A stretch of 14,942 nt of DNA. Source: Azolla caroliniana (taxonomy: Eukaryota; Plantae; Polypodiophyta). The notes under the pieces were generated by a model that saw nothing but the letters and a program-made list of their open reading frames with translations, was not told the origin of the DNA and did no database searches. Positions 1-10,542 of this stretch are shown here, piece after piece. Made by a program: the position numbers and the translations under genes. Where the stretch lies: positions 1-14,942 of the forward strand of contig JBHGNT010000827.1 in the NCBI GenBank assembly GCA_043228905.1, written 5' to 3'. Numbering within the stretch: position 1 is the stretch's first letter; each line of letters opens with the position of its first letter.

Positions 1-276
1 AAATGTAGTTCCATGCAGAGACTTCTTTTCATGCACAACCTTCTAGAATGTTCCAACTCTAGAGCTTTCTAGAAGCTTCTAAAATCTCTTACATGTAGAA
101 TAGATAATCTATGGTAATCTACTAAGATAACATGACCATATACTAGATGTGTTGGTTAAGACATATCATGTGATCACAATACAATAGGTGAAGAGTTTGA
201 GTCATTACATGATTGTTGTCATGTCTGTGATAGGAACACACTCTAGGATACTCATAAAGACTCGACCCCAAGATAG

Positions 277-478
277 GTGACTCTAGTGAGAGAACCTAGA
301 GAGAAGGTGACTACATAAGCACCCTCTCATTCTCTTTGTATGGTTGGTGATTCTTGCTTCCATGGTAATACAATTTTGCGACTCTAGTGAGAGAACCTAG
401 AGAGAAGGTTACTACATAAGCACCTTCTCCGTCTCTTTGTATGGTTTGTTATTCTTGCTTCCTTGGTAATATAGTTTT
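277..478 (+). repeat. Tandem duplication, 2 x 101 bp, within LTR A
   Basis: GYGACTCTAGTGAGAGAACCTAGAG...GGTAATAYARTTTT at 277-377 and 378-478. Only one copy occurs in the 3' LTR (7611-7711). Confidence 0.95.
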
Positions 479-497
479 CTGATTTTCTGTATTCATG

Positions 498-499
<2 letters not shown>

Positions 500-544
<45 letters not shown>

Positions 545-557
545 GCACACACACACA
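500..557. repeat. (CT)n(CA)n compound microsatellite in LTR A
   Basis: Read directly. The same tract occurs in the 3' LTR at 7733-7776 and 13039-13095. Confidence 0.98.
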
Positions 558-595
558 GTTCTTTCGCTACATAGAATCATTACTAATTCTTTACA

Positions 596-607
596 TGGTA
601 TCAGAGC
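596..607 (+). promoter_or_regulatory. Primer-binding site, tRNA-iMet (element A)
   Basis: TGGTATCAGAGC immediately after the LTR's terminal CA. Confidence 0.95.
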
Positions 608-751
608 GTGTGGTTGCTTAATCGAAGCCCATTGCCTTTGCATGTGTTGTGCCTAATTCCGCGTTCTGAAAGAACCGAGTGATCACTGTATCAACCATCT
701 GCACAGTTCGCATCAAAGAAGAAGAAAAAGAAGCTCGACATGAACACATAG

Positions 752-1842
752 ATGGGAAGCGCTCTTCCTACCGAAAAGCTCAAGAGAAACAACTCTGCAT
801 CTTGGGAGTACAAGATGCACCAATACCTTGTCGGCCAAGGCTATTGGAGTTATTTCTAAGGAGCAAACGGAAATAAACCCAACCCAACACATGTCGACCA
901 CCCAACTTGGGTGCAAGCGGCGAGTCATATGTTGTGTGACCTTGCATCATGCATCCATGATCACATGCTCGGCTACATCCGAGAGGCCAAAATGCCAAAG
1001 GAGGCGTGGGGGAACCTCAAGAAGATTTGTTCCGCCAACATGACCGCAAGAACTCCGTCAAGAGTTGAACAGTATACAACAGAGGGATATGTCAATCGGC
1101 AGCTACACCTTGAAAATCAAAGAGTTGTGTGATGCCCTCGGGTCGATCAATGTTAGCATTGACGATGATGAAATGGTGCAGATTTGCCTCCGAGGTTTAG
1201 CACCTCAGTTCGGAGCCATTCGGTCGGCAGTCCTTGCGAGGGAGAATCCTCCCTCCTTCATCGATCTCCAGTCGATGTTGCTGGTCGGGGAGAATCATGT
1301 TTGAACAAGAAGCAATGCGCAAGAAGAACAAATGCTCTATTTGAACTTCGATGAAGGAAGAGGACAAGGTTAGGGAAGAAGAGGTTGATTCATCCAAGGC
1401 CGACACAACCAAGAGCAACCCCAAGAACATAACTTCTATTACCAACAAGATGTGTCGAACGCGCGAGGTGGAGCGTCCGGAACAAGGGGGAGCAATCAGG
1501 CCGGACCCAGCCAACAAAACAATCCCACTCAGTGTGGATACTGTGGTAAATTCGGCCACTATGAGGCAGAGTGTTGGAAAAAGAAGAGTGAGTCGGCCTC
1601 CACAACCCGACAACTCACAAACTACGCCTTCAACTCTGACTACGACAATCATGGCCGAATGTTTGTGATGAGGCATAGAGCGAACTCGATGACAGCATCC
1701 AACCCGACCAACACCTCCAAACCAGAAGATGTATGGTTTGTCGATTCAGGTGCATCCAACCACATGACATCCCACGAGGATTGGTTCAAGGAGCTACGAA
1801 ATCCCGAATGACCTGGCTATGTGGCAACTGGGGATGACACAA
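752..1842 (+). pseudogene. gag-pol: Copia A gag-protease, disrupted by stops and frameshifts, interrupted by element B at 1843
   Basis: MGSALPTEKLKRNNSASWEYKMHQYLVGQGYW (copia gag N-terminus); LKIKELCDAL...CLRGLAPQF; CCHC knuckle CGYCGKFGHYEAEC at 1533-1574; protease WFVDSGASNHMT followed by YVATGDDT. Confidence 0.93.
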
Positions 1843-2182
1843 TGTTGAATAAGGTTTTTTAATGGATGTAGTCACACCATCTCCTTTTGTACACACCAGG
1901 CTTAGGCTATTTATGTAAATAGTGAGAAGGGCAGTTGCCCTAAGTCAGTCAGTATATAAACTAACTTTGTAACCCAATTAGGGGTTGTTGCTTTAAGTTG
2001 TAATATACTCTTTACATTGTGCCTAATTCTCTCTCTCTCTCTCTCTCTCTTTGGCGTATTAGTTGTATTGTTTGTCTTTGCTACTATAGATGTTACGATC
2101 TTGTATCTACTAACGATCTTATAGGAGCTTATAGAAGAAGAGTGTTGATCTTGTTCCACATTAGAAGACGACATTCCCAACA
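1843..2182 (+). mobile_element. 5' LTR (340 bp) of copia element B
   Basis: TGTTG...CAACA termini; TATATAAA near 1953; internal (CT)n; followed by a PBS; interrupts A's protease frame. Confidence 0.9.
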
Positions 2183-2184
2183 TT

Positions 2185-2196
2185 TGGTATCAGAGC
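2185..2196 (+). promoter_or_regulatory. Primer-binding site, tRNA-iMet (element B)
   Basis: TGGTATCAGAGC, 2 nt after the LTR end. Confidence 0.95.
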
Positions 2197-2842
2197 TTGG
2201 TCGGTTGTTTGATTCTGCCGTCGCCTTCTATCTAGTCTCCATCGACAACTCTCGTTTGTGTATCTTGAAGATCTTAACTGATCTCAACAGGCAACCTACA
2301 ACAAGATTGTTTACGCAAAGAGAAATATGACGAAGTCTGCACTCTACTATTCTAGGTCACTCTTGGTTATGTGATCGTAGTCGCTAGGAGTGAGACTTCT
2401 ATCTTGACTAGGCCAAATCGTTGCTTCACTTGGCTAGGCGGAAATCGAATAAGTCATCTAACGCTTTTCTCCTACTCGCCGTAGTCACTTGAAGCAAACA
2501 CAACTCCAGGGGCAACCCCAATCTATGTTTCGTTCGACTAAACGAAATTCGGGAGGACCCGTCGGATCCGTCCCTCTCATCACTGCAGTTAACCGAAACA
2601 GGATCGGCCTTGAGTATTGCATATAATCCGTGTCGAGAAATTTCGGAAAAATCGAATCATCAAATCCGGGTTCAACTTGACTAAGTCAATTGACAATAGT
2701 CACTCTGAATAGGATTCATTGATATTCGTAATCAACACGACTTGTGTCCAACTTCGGCTAAAACGACATCGAGTGAGTCAAGCTTTTGCACTCCATCATA
2801 GTCCGTAGCTAACTCCGGACAAAGTCTATTATACCAACACAG

Positions 2843-4676
2843 ATACCTAAACGAGTACGAAAGCTTAAGCTCCCAAATTTCGACCCAGGGGACAATTATC
2901 GAGGATGAACTAAAAGCAATGTTGCTCATGAGTAGTCTCCCTCCATCATGGGAAACTTTTGTTACAATCATGTGCAATGCGTCGACGGCTTCCGTTAAGT
3001 ACTCCTTAGTCACGAGTGCAATTCTGACTGAAGCAGCTCGGAGAAAATCGTTTGCTAACTATTCAGCCAACAACGCTTACGTAGTACAAGGTTCGACCGA
3101 TTGATCGACTAGCCGTGGAAGAAGTTCTTCACGATAGTCAAATAATCAACAAAGTCGGAGCGAGTCTCGGGATAATCGAGTCTGTAACTATTGCAAGAAA
3201 CCCGGACACATCAAAGCCGATTGCCGTGCACTCAAGACCAAAAATGATAAGGCTCAACGAGCTGAGCAGAAGAGTGGCCGACACGAGGAGATCAACTACA
3301 TCGGCTCTTCGGCCGAAGTATTGACAAACGACTCGAATATACTATCAATTGAGAACTCAGTCGAATCAGAAGTTCTACTTACGACTGAAGAATCGAGGAC
3401 GTGGCTCTTATATTCGGGTGCGTCCTTTCATGTGACTCCTCATCAATCCCAATTTCGGCAATACACAGCCCGACATTCCGACTCAGTTCGGGTAGGAAAT
3501 TCACAACATTGCGACATAATTGGAATCAGCATGGTAGAGCTCAACCTTGCGGGTGGCTCTACATTAGTACTACGCAATGTCCGACATGTACCTGAGCTCA
3601 CACGACCACTGATCTCAGTCGGACAATTGGATGAAGACGGCATCTGTGTTGGCTTCTCATCAGGAGGGTGGACGCTCCACAAAGGGAACCTCCTGCTTGC
3701 TCGAGGACCGAAGATACATTCATTGTATCCTTTGCACGTCACACTCAGAGAGGGTGACCTATTTTTGGTTGACATTCCCGTGTCATCACTCTCACACGAA
3801 CGACTCGGACACCTCAACAAGGCTGGCATCATGCACTTATCTAGAGCCGGATACATCCCCAAACTCTCCTTCTCAAATCATCAGTTCTGCGAGCATTGCC
3901 AATACGGTAAGCAGATAGCCGTAACACACCCTTCATCTTCCTTGAGAGAATCAAGTCCACTCGGACGTATGTGGTCCTATGCCACATCAATCCCTCGGCG
4001 GCGCTCTATATTTCATCAGCTTCATTGACAACTCGACTCGGAAGGTGTGGGCTTATCCGATCAAAACCAAAGATCGTGTTTTCTCGATCTTTTCCGATTG
4101 GCTCGCCATGGTTGAGAATCAGTCTGGCCGAAAACTGAAAAGCTTTCGGTCCGATAACGGGGGAGAGTTCAAATCAGAGGAATTCGTCAAATTTTGCCGA
4201 CAACGTGGCATACAACATGAATTTATGGCACCTCATAGTCTGGAGCAGAATGGAATTGCCGAGCAAAATGAATCGGACAATTCAAGAACAGATAGTTTCC
4301 ATGCTCCAACACTCCGGACTGTGGGTTTATCCGATCAAAACCAAAGATCGTGTTTTCTCAATCTTTTCCGATTGGCTCGCCATGGTTGAGAATCAGTCTG
4401 GCCGAAAACTGAAAAGCTTTCGGTCCGATAACGGGGGAGAGTTCAAATCAGAGGAATTCGTCAAATTTTGCCGACAACATGGCATACAACATGAATTTAT
4501 GGCACCTCATAGTCTGGAGCAGAATGGAATTGCCGAGCAAAATGAATCGGACAATTCAAGAACAGATAGTTTCCATGCTCCAACACTCCGGACTATTGGA
4601 TGGCTTCTAGGCAGAGGCCCTACTTATAGCAGTACACATAATAATCAATATTTCGCCGAGTAGGCCTCTAGGATTC
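2843..4676 (+). pseudogene. gag-pol: Copia B (Tnt1/Tork-like) partial gag, protease, GAG-pre-integrase and integrase; RT, RNase H and 3' LTR deleted
   Basis: LNEYESLSSQ...LLMSSLPPSWETFVT; CNYCKKPGHIKADC at 3183-3224; WLLYSGASFHVT; HERLGH...CEHCQYGKQ; HSDVCGP; FIDNSTRK; RSDNGGEF; QNGIAE; ends at INISPSRPLGF. Confidence 0.92.
4047..4594 (+). repeat. Tandem duplication, 2 x 274 bp, of the integrase core in element B
   Basis: 4047-4320 vs 4321-4594; three substitutions found by eye. Confidence 0.97.
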
Positions 4677-4698
4677 ATTGATATTCGTAATCAACACG
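4669..4698 (+). repeat. 30-bp exact direct repeat of 2710-2739 at the B/A deletion junction
   Basis: TAGGATTCATTGATATTCGTAATCAACACG occurs at both sites. Confidence 0.95.
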
Positions 4699-4699
4699 G

Positions 4700-7310
4700 C
4701 AATTCGGCAAACAACACCGTCAACCGTTCCCAAAGGAGAGGAACATAAGCAAAGGGATCCTGGATGTAGTACATTCAGATGTATGGGGACTAGCCCAGAA
4801 AGCAACATTCGGTGGTTGCTAATACTATGTAATGTTCATCGACGACTTCTCCAGACATACCTAGATCTACCCTATGCGGCAAAAGAGCGAAGTGTTCTAA
4901 CACTTCCAAAAGTTAAAAAACGAAGTCGAAAAGGTAATTGGTCGGCATGTCAGATGCCTTCGATCCGACAATGGCAAAAAGTACTTCTCTAACGCCTTTA
5001 CAACATACCTTCGACAAGAAGGAATCCAGCGGAAGTTTACCTGCCGACACACACCTCAGCAAAACGGAGTAGCCGAACTCAAGAATCGGCACATACTTGG
5101 TGACAAGGGCAATGATGAACGAGAAACATTTGCCAAAGTCATATTGGGCTGAAGCGGCGAATATGGTCGTCTATCTAATGAACCGTTGCACAACCTCAAG
5201 AGTGCACGATGTTACCCCCTACGAAAAGTTCTATGGGAAGAAACCGGATCTATCCCACCTCAGGATATTCGGTTCAATTGCATATGTACATATACCCGAT
5301 GAGAAGCGGCAAAAGCTTGATCCCAAGTCAGAGAAATGTATATTCGTAGGGTACTCACTCGAGCAAAAAGGGTATTAGTGCTTCAACCCAAAGGTATGAG
5401 TGAGTAGGGATGTCATCTTTGACGAGTCGGCATCCTGGTAACAGTTGAATCAATCCCATCCAACACAGATAAGAAGGAGGATGATCAACCGAGTCTCACA
5501 TCAGAGGAAAGTCCAATCTCAACCAAGTTGAGTGGACTACAAGAGCCTCCAAATGACCAAAGCACATGGCAACCGAGTCTGAAACAAGACAAAGGAAAGG
5601 CCAAAATGCATGAGTACAAAGTCTCGGATGGAAATGAATTGACTCACTTACCTGATAGTGAGTTTGGTAGAATAGATGCGCCCACCATGAGGACACCAAG
5701 AGAACCATGTCGATCCACCTGAGAAAAGAACGTAATCAACTGATTCAGCTCCAACGACTACATGGCATATCATTGTGTGTTCACAATGAAGGTGGTGACA
5801 GTCCGAGAACCGAGAACCTTTTCTGAAGCCGCCAAGGACCCTAGATGGATGGATGGATCAAAGCGATGAATGAGGAGATGCAAGCACTCTCCAAGAACGA
5901 GACATGGGATTGTGTCCCTTCTTCACACCACCAAAAGGCAATTGGATGTCGATGGATCTTCAAAGTGAAGCACAACGCCGACGGCACTGTCAATCGGTAC
6001 AAGACCCGACTTGTGGCGAAAGGCTACGCATAGATACACGGTGTCAATTACGAAAAGACCTTTGCCCCGGTGGCAAAGATGACTACAATTCGAACCGTGA
6101 TCGCGCTTGCAACAACAGAAGGGTGGCACTTCCACCAAAATGGACGTAAACAACGCCTTTCTCCAAGGCGAGTGAGAAGAAGAGGTGTACATGATACAAC
6201 CACCTGGATTCGGGTCGACTATGCATGCGATTGTTGTTTGTAGACTCAAAAAGTCTCTTTACGGTCTCAAGCAGGCACCGAGAGCATGACACTAAAAAAT
6301 AACGCAATATCTTCATCAAATCGGCTTCACCATGTCCAAGTCCGACGACTCTCTGTTCATCCGGAGCGATTCTAGCGGACAAGTATTTATCATCATTTAT
6401 GTGGATGACTTGGTCATAGGAGGAGAGCATCTAGTAGATATAGAGCACATCAAGAAGCTCCTCTCCAGCCGATTCGAAATGAAAGACATGAAGGAGCTTC
6501 ATTACTTTCTAGGAATAGAAGTAATTCGGACTCCTGACGACATCATGCTTTCTCAAAGGCATTATATCCTCAATCTTCTTTACAAGTTTGGGATGACACC
6601 GTGTAAGCCCGTCACTACTCCTCTCGATCAAAACCTAAAGCTAGATGCCGACTCAGGCAATAGAGAGTACGAGTCGATGCATTATCATCAACTAATTGGA
6701 AGCCTCATCTACCTCACAATTACCTGACCCGACCTGAGTTATACTAGGTCGGCCTCCTTACCCAGTTTATGCAAACTTCATGAGACATCAATCTCGACTG
6801 TGCTAAATGAGTGTTATGTTTTGTGAGTGGGACAATGGATTTTGGCATCCTCTATAGATTGGACACACTAATCCGTCTCAAAGGGTATACCGATGCCAAT
6901 TGGGTCGGCTATAGAGCCGATCGACGATCGACATCCGGATTTGTCTTCTCCCTCAGCAGCGGAGCCATCTCTTGGAGTAGCAAAAAACAACCCAACGATC
7001 ACATTGTCGAGCACTGAAGCTGAATACTAGGGCGCGGTCGTAGTCACATGTGAAGTCATTTGGCTCAAGAGAATCTTGAAGGATCTAGGCATTCCCATCA
7101 ACTATCCAATTCTCCTCTATTGTGACAACATGAGCAACATCCACCTCGCTTAGAACCCAGTCTTCCATGCTCAGAATGAGCGTGTTCTGGCCAAGGATGT
7201 TGACCTGCAACACATCAACACAAACCTGTAGACGATCGACATCTTCACCAAGGCCCTAGGAATTGACAAGTTGCGGCAATTCACGACGAACCTAGGTCTT
7301 TCGACTGTTG
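4700..7310 (+). pseudogene. pol: Copia A-family pol: integrase, reverse transcriptase and RNase H, with many stops and frameshifts
   Basis: QFGKQHRQPF; HSDVWG; FIDDFSR; TPQQNGVAE; LDPKSEKCIFVGYS; YKTRLVAKGYA; MDVNNAFLQG; IIYVDDLVI; GYTDANW...RRSTSG; LYCDNMS. The INT-RT-RH order identifies copia. Confidence 0.95.
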
Positions 7311-7440
7311 ACCAGGTGAGCTTGAGGGGGAGTCAAGAGCAGGATTGAACTGGTCATCCGAACCAACCAAAGCCGGAGTCAACTCAAAGCCGACCCAAAG
7401 ACCAGTCCAAACCAACCATTCGACGGCTAGAAGTTGTGTT

Positions 7441-7450
7441 TGAAGGGGCG
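7441..7450 (+). promoter_or_regulatory. Polypurine tract of copia A
   Basis: TGAAGGGGCG directly before the TGTTGAG LTR start. Confidence 0.85.
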
Positions 7451-7730
7451 TGTTGAGAACCAAACTCAACTTCCCGTGTGTGGGAATACATCTAGGATAC
7501 TCAAGGGTGTGAACACCCCACCTCCTTGTATAGTAACTAGTGTGTTATAGAAGTTAATGTTCTATGAAACATATTCTTTAAGTAGTTAAGACTCAACCTC
7601 TTCCCAAGAGGCGACTCTAGTGAGAGAAGCTAGAGAGAATGTGACGACATAAGCACCTTCTCCTTCTCTTTGTATGGTTGGTTATTCTTGCTTCCTTGGT
7701 AATACAGTTTTCTGATTTTCTGTAATCGTG

Positions 7731-7774
<44 letters not shown>

Positions 7775-7776
7775 CT
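7451..7776 (+). mobile_element. 3' LTR of copia A-family element, first part
   Basis: Starts TGTTG after the PPT; 7611-7733 matches 378-500; breaks inside the (CT)n tract. Confidence 0.9.
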
Positions 7777-7995
7777 ATGTGCTACACGCCGCTTAGAAGC
7801 GGGTAAGCGAGCATACTATGCATTAGAGAACACATGCAATCTTGGAGATATTAAGTGTTGGAGTCCTCAAGAAATATCTTTTCGACACTTTGGTGACACC
7901 GGTTCTTCTCTATGGGATAGAAGTATGGGGCGGTAACATCCCTAAATCTATGTGGAAAGAGTTTGAAAATGTCCAAAAACATTTTCTTACAAAGT
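7777..7995 (+). pseudogene. 5'-truncated non-LTR retrotransposon (RTE/RTEX-like LINE), ORF part 1, RT thumb region
   Basis: CATRRLEAGKRAYYALENTC...KKYLFDTLVTPVLLYGIEVWGG...FENVQKHFLTK; continues in frame at 12275. Confidence 0.85.
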
Positions 7996-8261
7996 TGTTA
8001 CCCCGTACGAGATGTACGGAGAGTCAAGTGTGATGAGCGAGGGTCGAATGTTAACATGATGTTGTTGTGTATGTGTAGGGGGAATAAATGTAATTGTGAG
8101 TCTATACGTATGTGAACACATGCACACACGTGTGCATGTGTTCACATACGTATAGACTCACAATTACATTTATGCCCCCTACACATACACAACAACATCA
8201 TGATAACATTCGACCCTCGCTCATCACACTTGACTCTCCGTACATCTCGTACGGGGTAACA
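7996..8261. repeat. 266-bp palindrome (132-bp arms, 2-nt centre) forming the left end of D
   Basis: 7996-8127 is the reverse complement of 8130-8261 with two mismatches; TGTTACCCCG...CGGGGTAACA. Confidence 0.98.
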
Positions 8262-8266
8262 CAATA

Positions 8267-8306
8267 TGGCACGCCCGTGGGAGAGTGCCTTGCACGTCGA
8301 TCCCAC
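8267..8306 (+). promoter_or_regulatory. Bipartite tRNA-Arg(UCU)-like primer-binding site
   Basis: TGGCACGCCCGTGGGA (Tat-type Arg PBS) + 14-nt spacer + TCGATCCCAC (complement of the T-arm); starts 5 nt after TAACA. tRNA identity is from recall and was not searched. Confidence 0.8.
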
Positions 8307-8580
8307 ATGCCTTGATGATGATATTTCTTCGACCGGAACTTCCATCGGTCCTTTCAACGATCGACTCCCTCGATCGGAGTGCTTGACTCGAACATCTTTG
8401 TCGGTCTACAAATCTTTCTGCGACACAAACATTCTCGTTCTGTCGGCTTATGAACTTCGTCATGGGTCCAAAATCATGTCGTGTATATGTATGTTCTTCC
8501 TTTGTTTTGAGTGTGTGTGAGTAGTCTTGGGGATTTTCAAAATTTTGGTGGTGCCTTTTTTTTTTTTTAATTTTGATATG

Positions 8581-8661
8581 TACCCTCGAGTTTTGAAAAT
8601 TTCATTCAGTACCCCCAAGTTTCTGAAATTTTAGGCTGCTACCCTCAACATTTTAAAATTT
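8581..8661. repeat. Three degenerate ~30-bp repeats, TACCCYC...TT.AAATTT
   Basis: Units start at 8581, 8610 and 8640. Confidence 0.75.
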
Positions 8662-9009
8662 CTTCGCATGCCCCTCTCTTCTCTTTTTCCCTCTCATTTT
8701 TTTTATTTTAGTGTTTGTCTTCTTACGTTTTCTCCTGCATGTTGTTTGCATTTTCTTCCTCCTTCTTGGTGTTAACCATTGCTTCTTCTCCACTTCCTGT
8801 CTTTCTTTTCCTCCTCTCTCTTTCTTCTTCTATCTCTGTTTCTTCCACTTCGTGTCTGTCTGTTCATGCCTTTCTCTTCTTCCATGACATCTTCTTTTTC
8901 TTCCTTCTCTATTCTTCTTCTTCCTTGCATTTCTCTTCTCTCTTCTTCTTATTTTCTGTATGTCTGCCTCTTTCTTCTCTGCGTTGTCTTTGTTTTGGTT
9001 GTCGTGGTC

Positions 9010-10000
9010 GGTCATCTGTCCAGTCCGTTTGGCCACTGTTCGACTATTACGGCTGCTTCGGCCGCTCGTCCATCTCCATCTCCCGCCGTTTCGACCGGTT
9101 TCCGGCCCTTCTGGCCGCTCTTTCCGTTGTCTAGCCCGTTTGGCCATCTCTGTCCAGTCCATCTCCAGATGTCTCTGTCACCGACCTTGTCGGCCCTATT
9201 CGGCCGTCGGTTTTGGCCGAGGTCCATCGCTTTTTGGCATCAATGTCGTTGTTTCGGCCGTCTTTGTCCAGCGTGTCTCTGGCCGGTTGTACGGTGACTC
9301 CGTCATCGTTCCGGCCGCCATCGTTTGTTTGGCGACCGATGTGGCTTCATCCGACCCTTCTTTGACCCTCCGGCCACTCCGGTTGCTACAGCCACTGTCC
9401 GGCTATTCCAACCGTTCCGACTGTTACCCAGCTGCTCTTCAGCCGTTGTTCGGCCATTCCGGCTGCTCTTCAGCCGTTATCCGGCCATTCCGACTACTCT
9501 CTGGCCGCTCCGCTCCGGTTGTTGTCGATTAGTGGTGACCATTCCTAACGCCTTTCTCGTCGTCGCCAGCCCTGTCCGGCCGACCTCCAATCGCATGGCC
9601 GCTTTGTTCAGTCGTCACTATCCGAGTGTTCTTCTGGCCTCCGGTTTGGCCGCAGTTCGGCTATGTCTAACCGTTCTGTTCTTGGCTGTTGTCCATTAGT
9701 CGGTCGTGCCGGTTGTCCGTCTCTGACGATATCTTTCTGGTCCTTCATTCATTCTTCTGTCCATCCGTTCGGCCGTTTCCGATCATCAAGTCGTTCTTCA
9801 ACGGTCTTTGTCTCTTCGCATATTTGTCGTTGTTGACCTTGTCTGACTGTCTTCGTTCATCCATGCATGGTCGTTGTTAGTCGTCATAGTCACTATCTTT
9901 GTTGGTTCTGTCTGGCCGATCTCTTTCCATTGTTCGACCCTCGGTTTGGCCACCGCTTGCCGGCCTCTCCGGCCTTTTCCGTCTATGCCTCGGCCGCTGT
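9010..10000. repeat. Degenerate CGGCC/CCGG-rich repeat region inside D, including a 31-bp tandem unit
   Basis: GCTGCTCTTCAGCCGTTRTYCGGCCATTCCG at 9431-9461 and 9462-9492; recurring TTTGGCC, TCCGGCC and GTCCATCTCCA motifs. Confidence 0.7.
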
Positions 10001-10542
10001 CAAGCTACCACTCCGTTGCGGACTCCATCACCATCTTTGTTGGTTTCCATCCATTCGAGTCCACGTCTGTGTCTCTTCTCTGTCTTCTATGGTCCTTCGG
10101 TGTTAACCAACTCTGGTTCTTGTTCCGATTCCGGTTCCGACTCTCTCCGCGTTGTTTCTTCTAGAACCATTGCCCGTGCATTCTCAGCACATCCTGTTGG
10201 TCTCCGCTCCACACACTGCGACTTTCTCCGCAGTCTCCTGGTGGGCTTCTCTTTTCGGTCGTGCTGGCACCGGTTCCCTCTGCATTGTTGTTTGTCCAGC
10301 CATGCATCTTGCACCACGCTTTTGAGAACACGCACATTGTCGCTAACCGCTTTCGGAAACACGCACATGGACACTAATCGCAACCTCGCACAAACATTGT
10401 TGCCATTCATGCATTCCTCCATAGACTTCTTCCAACATCTTCACCGTCATTTTCGCGTTTCGCCATTTCTTGCACTTAGTCGCTATGGCTTGCACATCCG
10501 CGTATCATTCCTCGACTCCGTCTCCAAAGGGGGGTCGCCTTA

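Larger units (their letters stand above)
1..595 (+). mobile_element. 5' LTR of Ty1/copia element A (left end lies outside window)
   Basis: Ends ...CTTTACA directly before a tRNA-iMet PBS. Blocks 378-500 and 543-595 are homologous to 7611-7733 and 13081-13130. Confidence 0.9.

Noticed and set aside
449-643. ORF with poly-ER (also 13008-13214)
   Set aside because: Translation of the (CT)n/(CA)n microsatellite on the opposite strand.
7996-8261. MIRNA gene
   Set aside because: The hairpin coincides exactly with element termini, and there is no evidence for a defined miRNA duplex.
10524-10534. CCAAAGGGGGG as a PPT for a + strand LTR starting at 10558
   Set aside because: It is 23 nt from the TG, and the intervening sequence is a minus-strand PBS. 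Not fully excluded.
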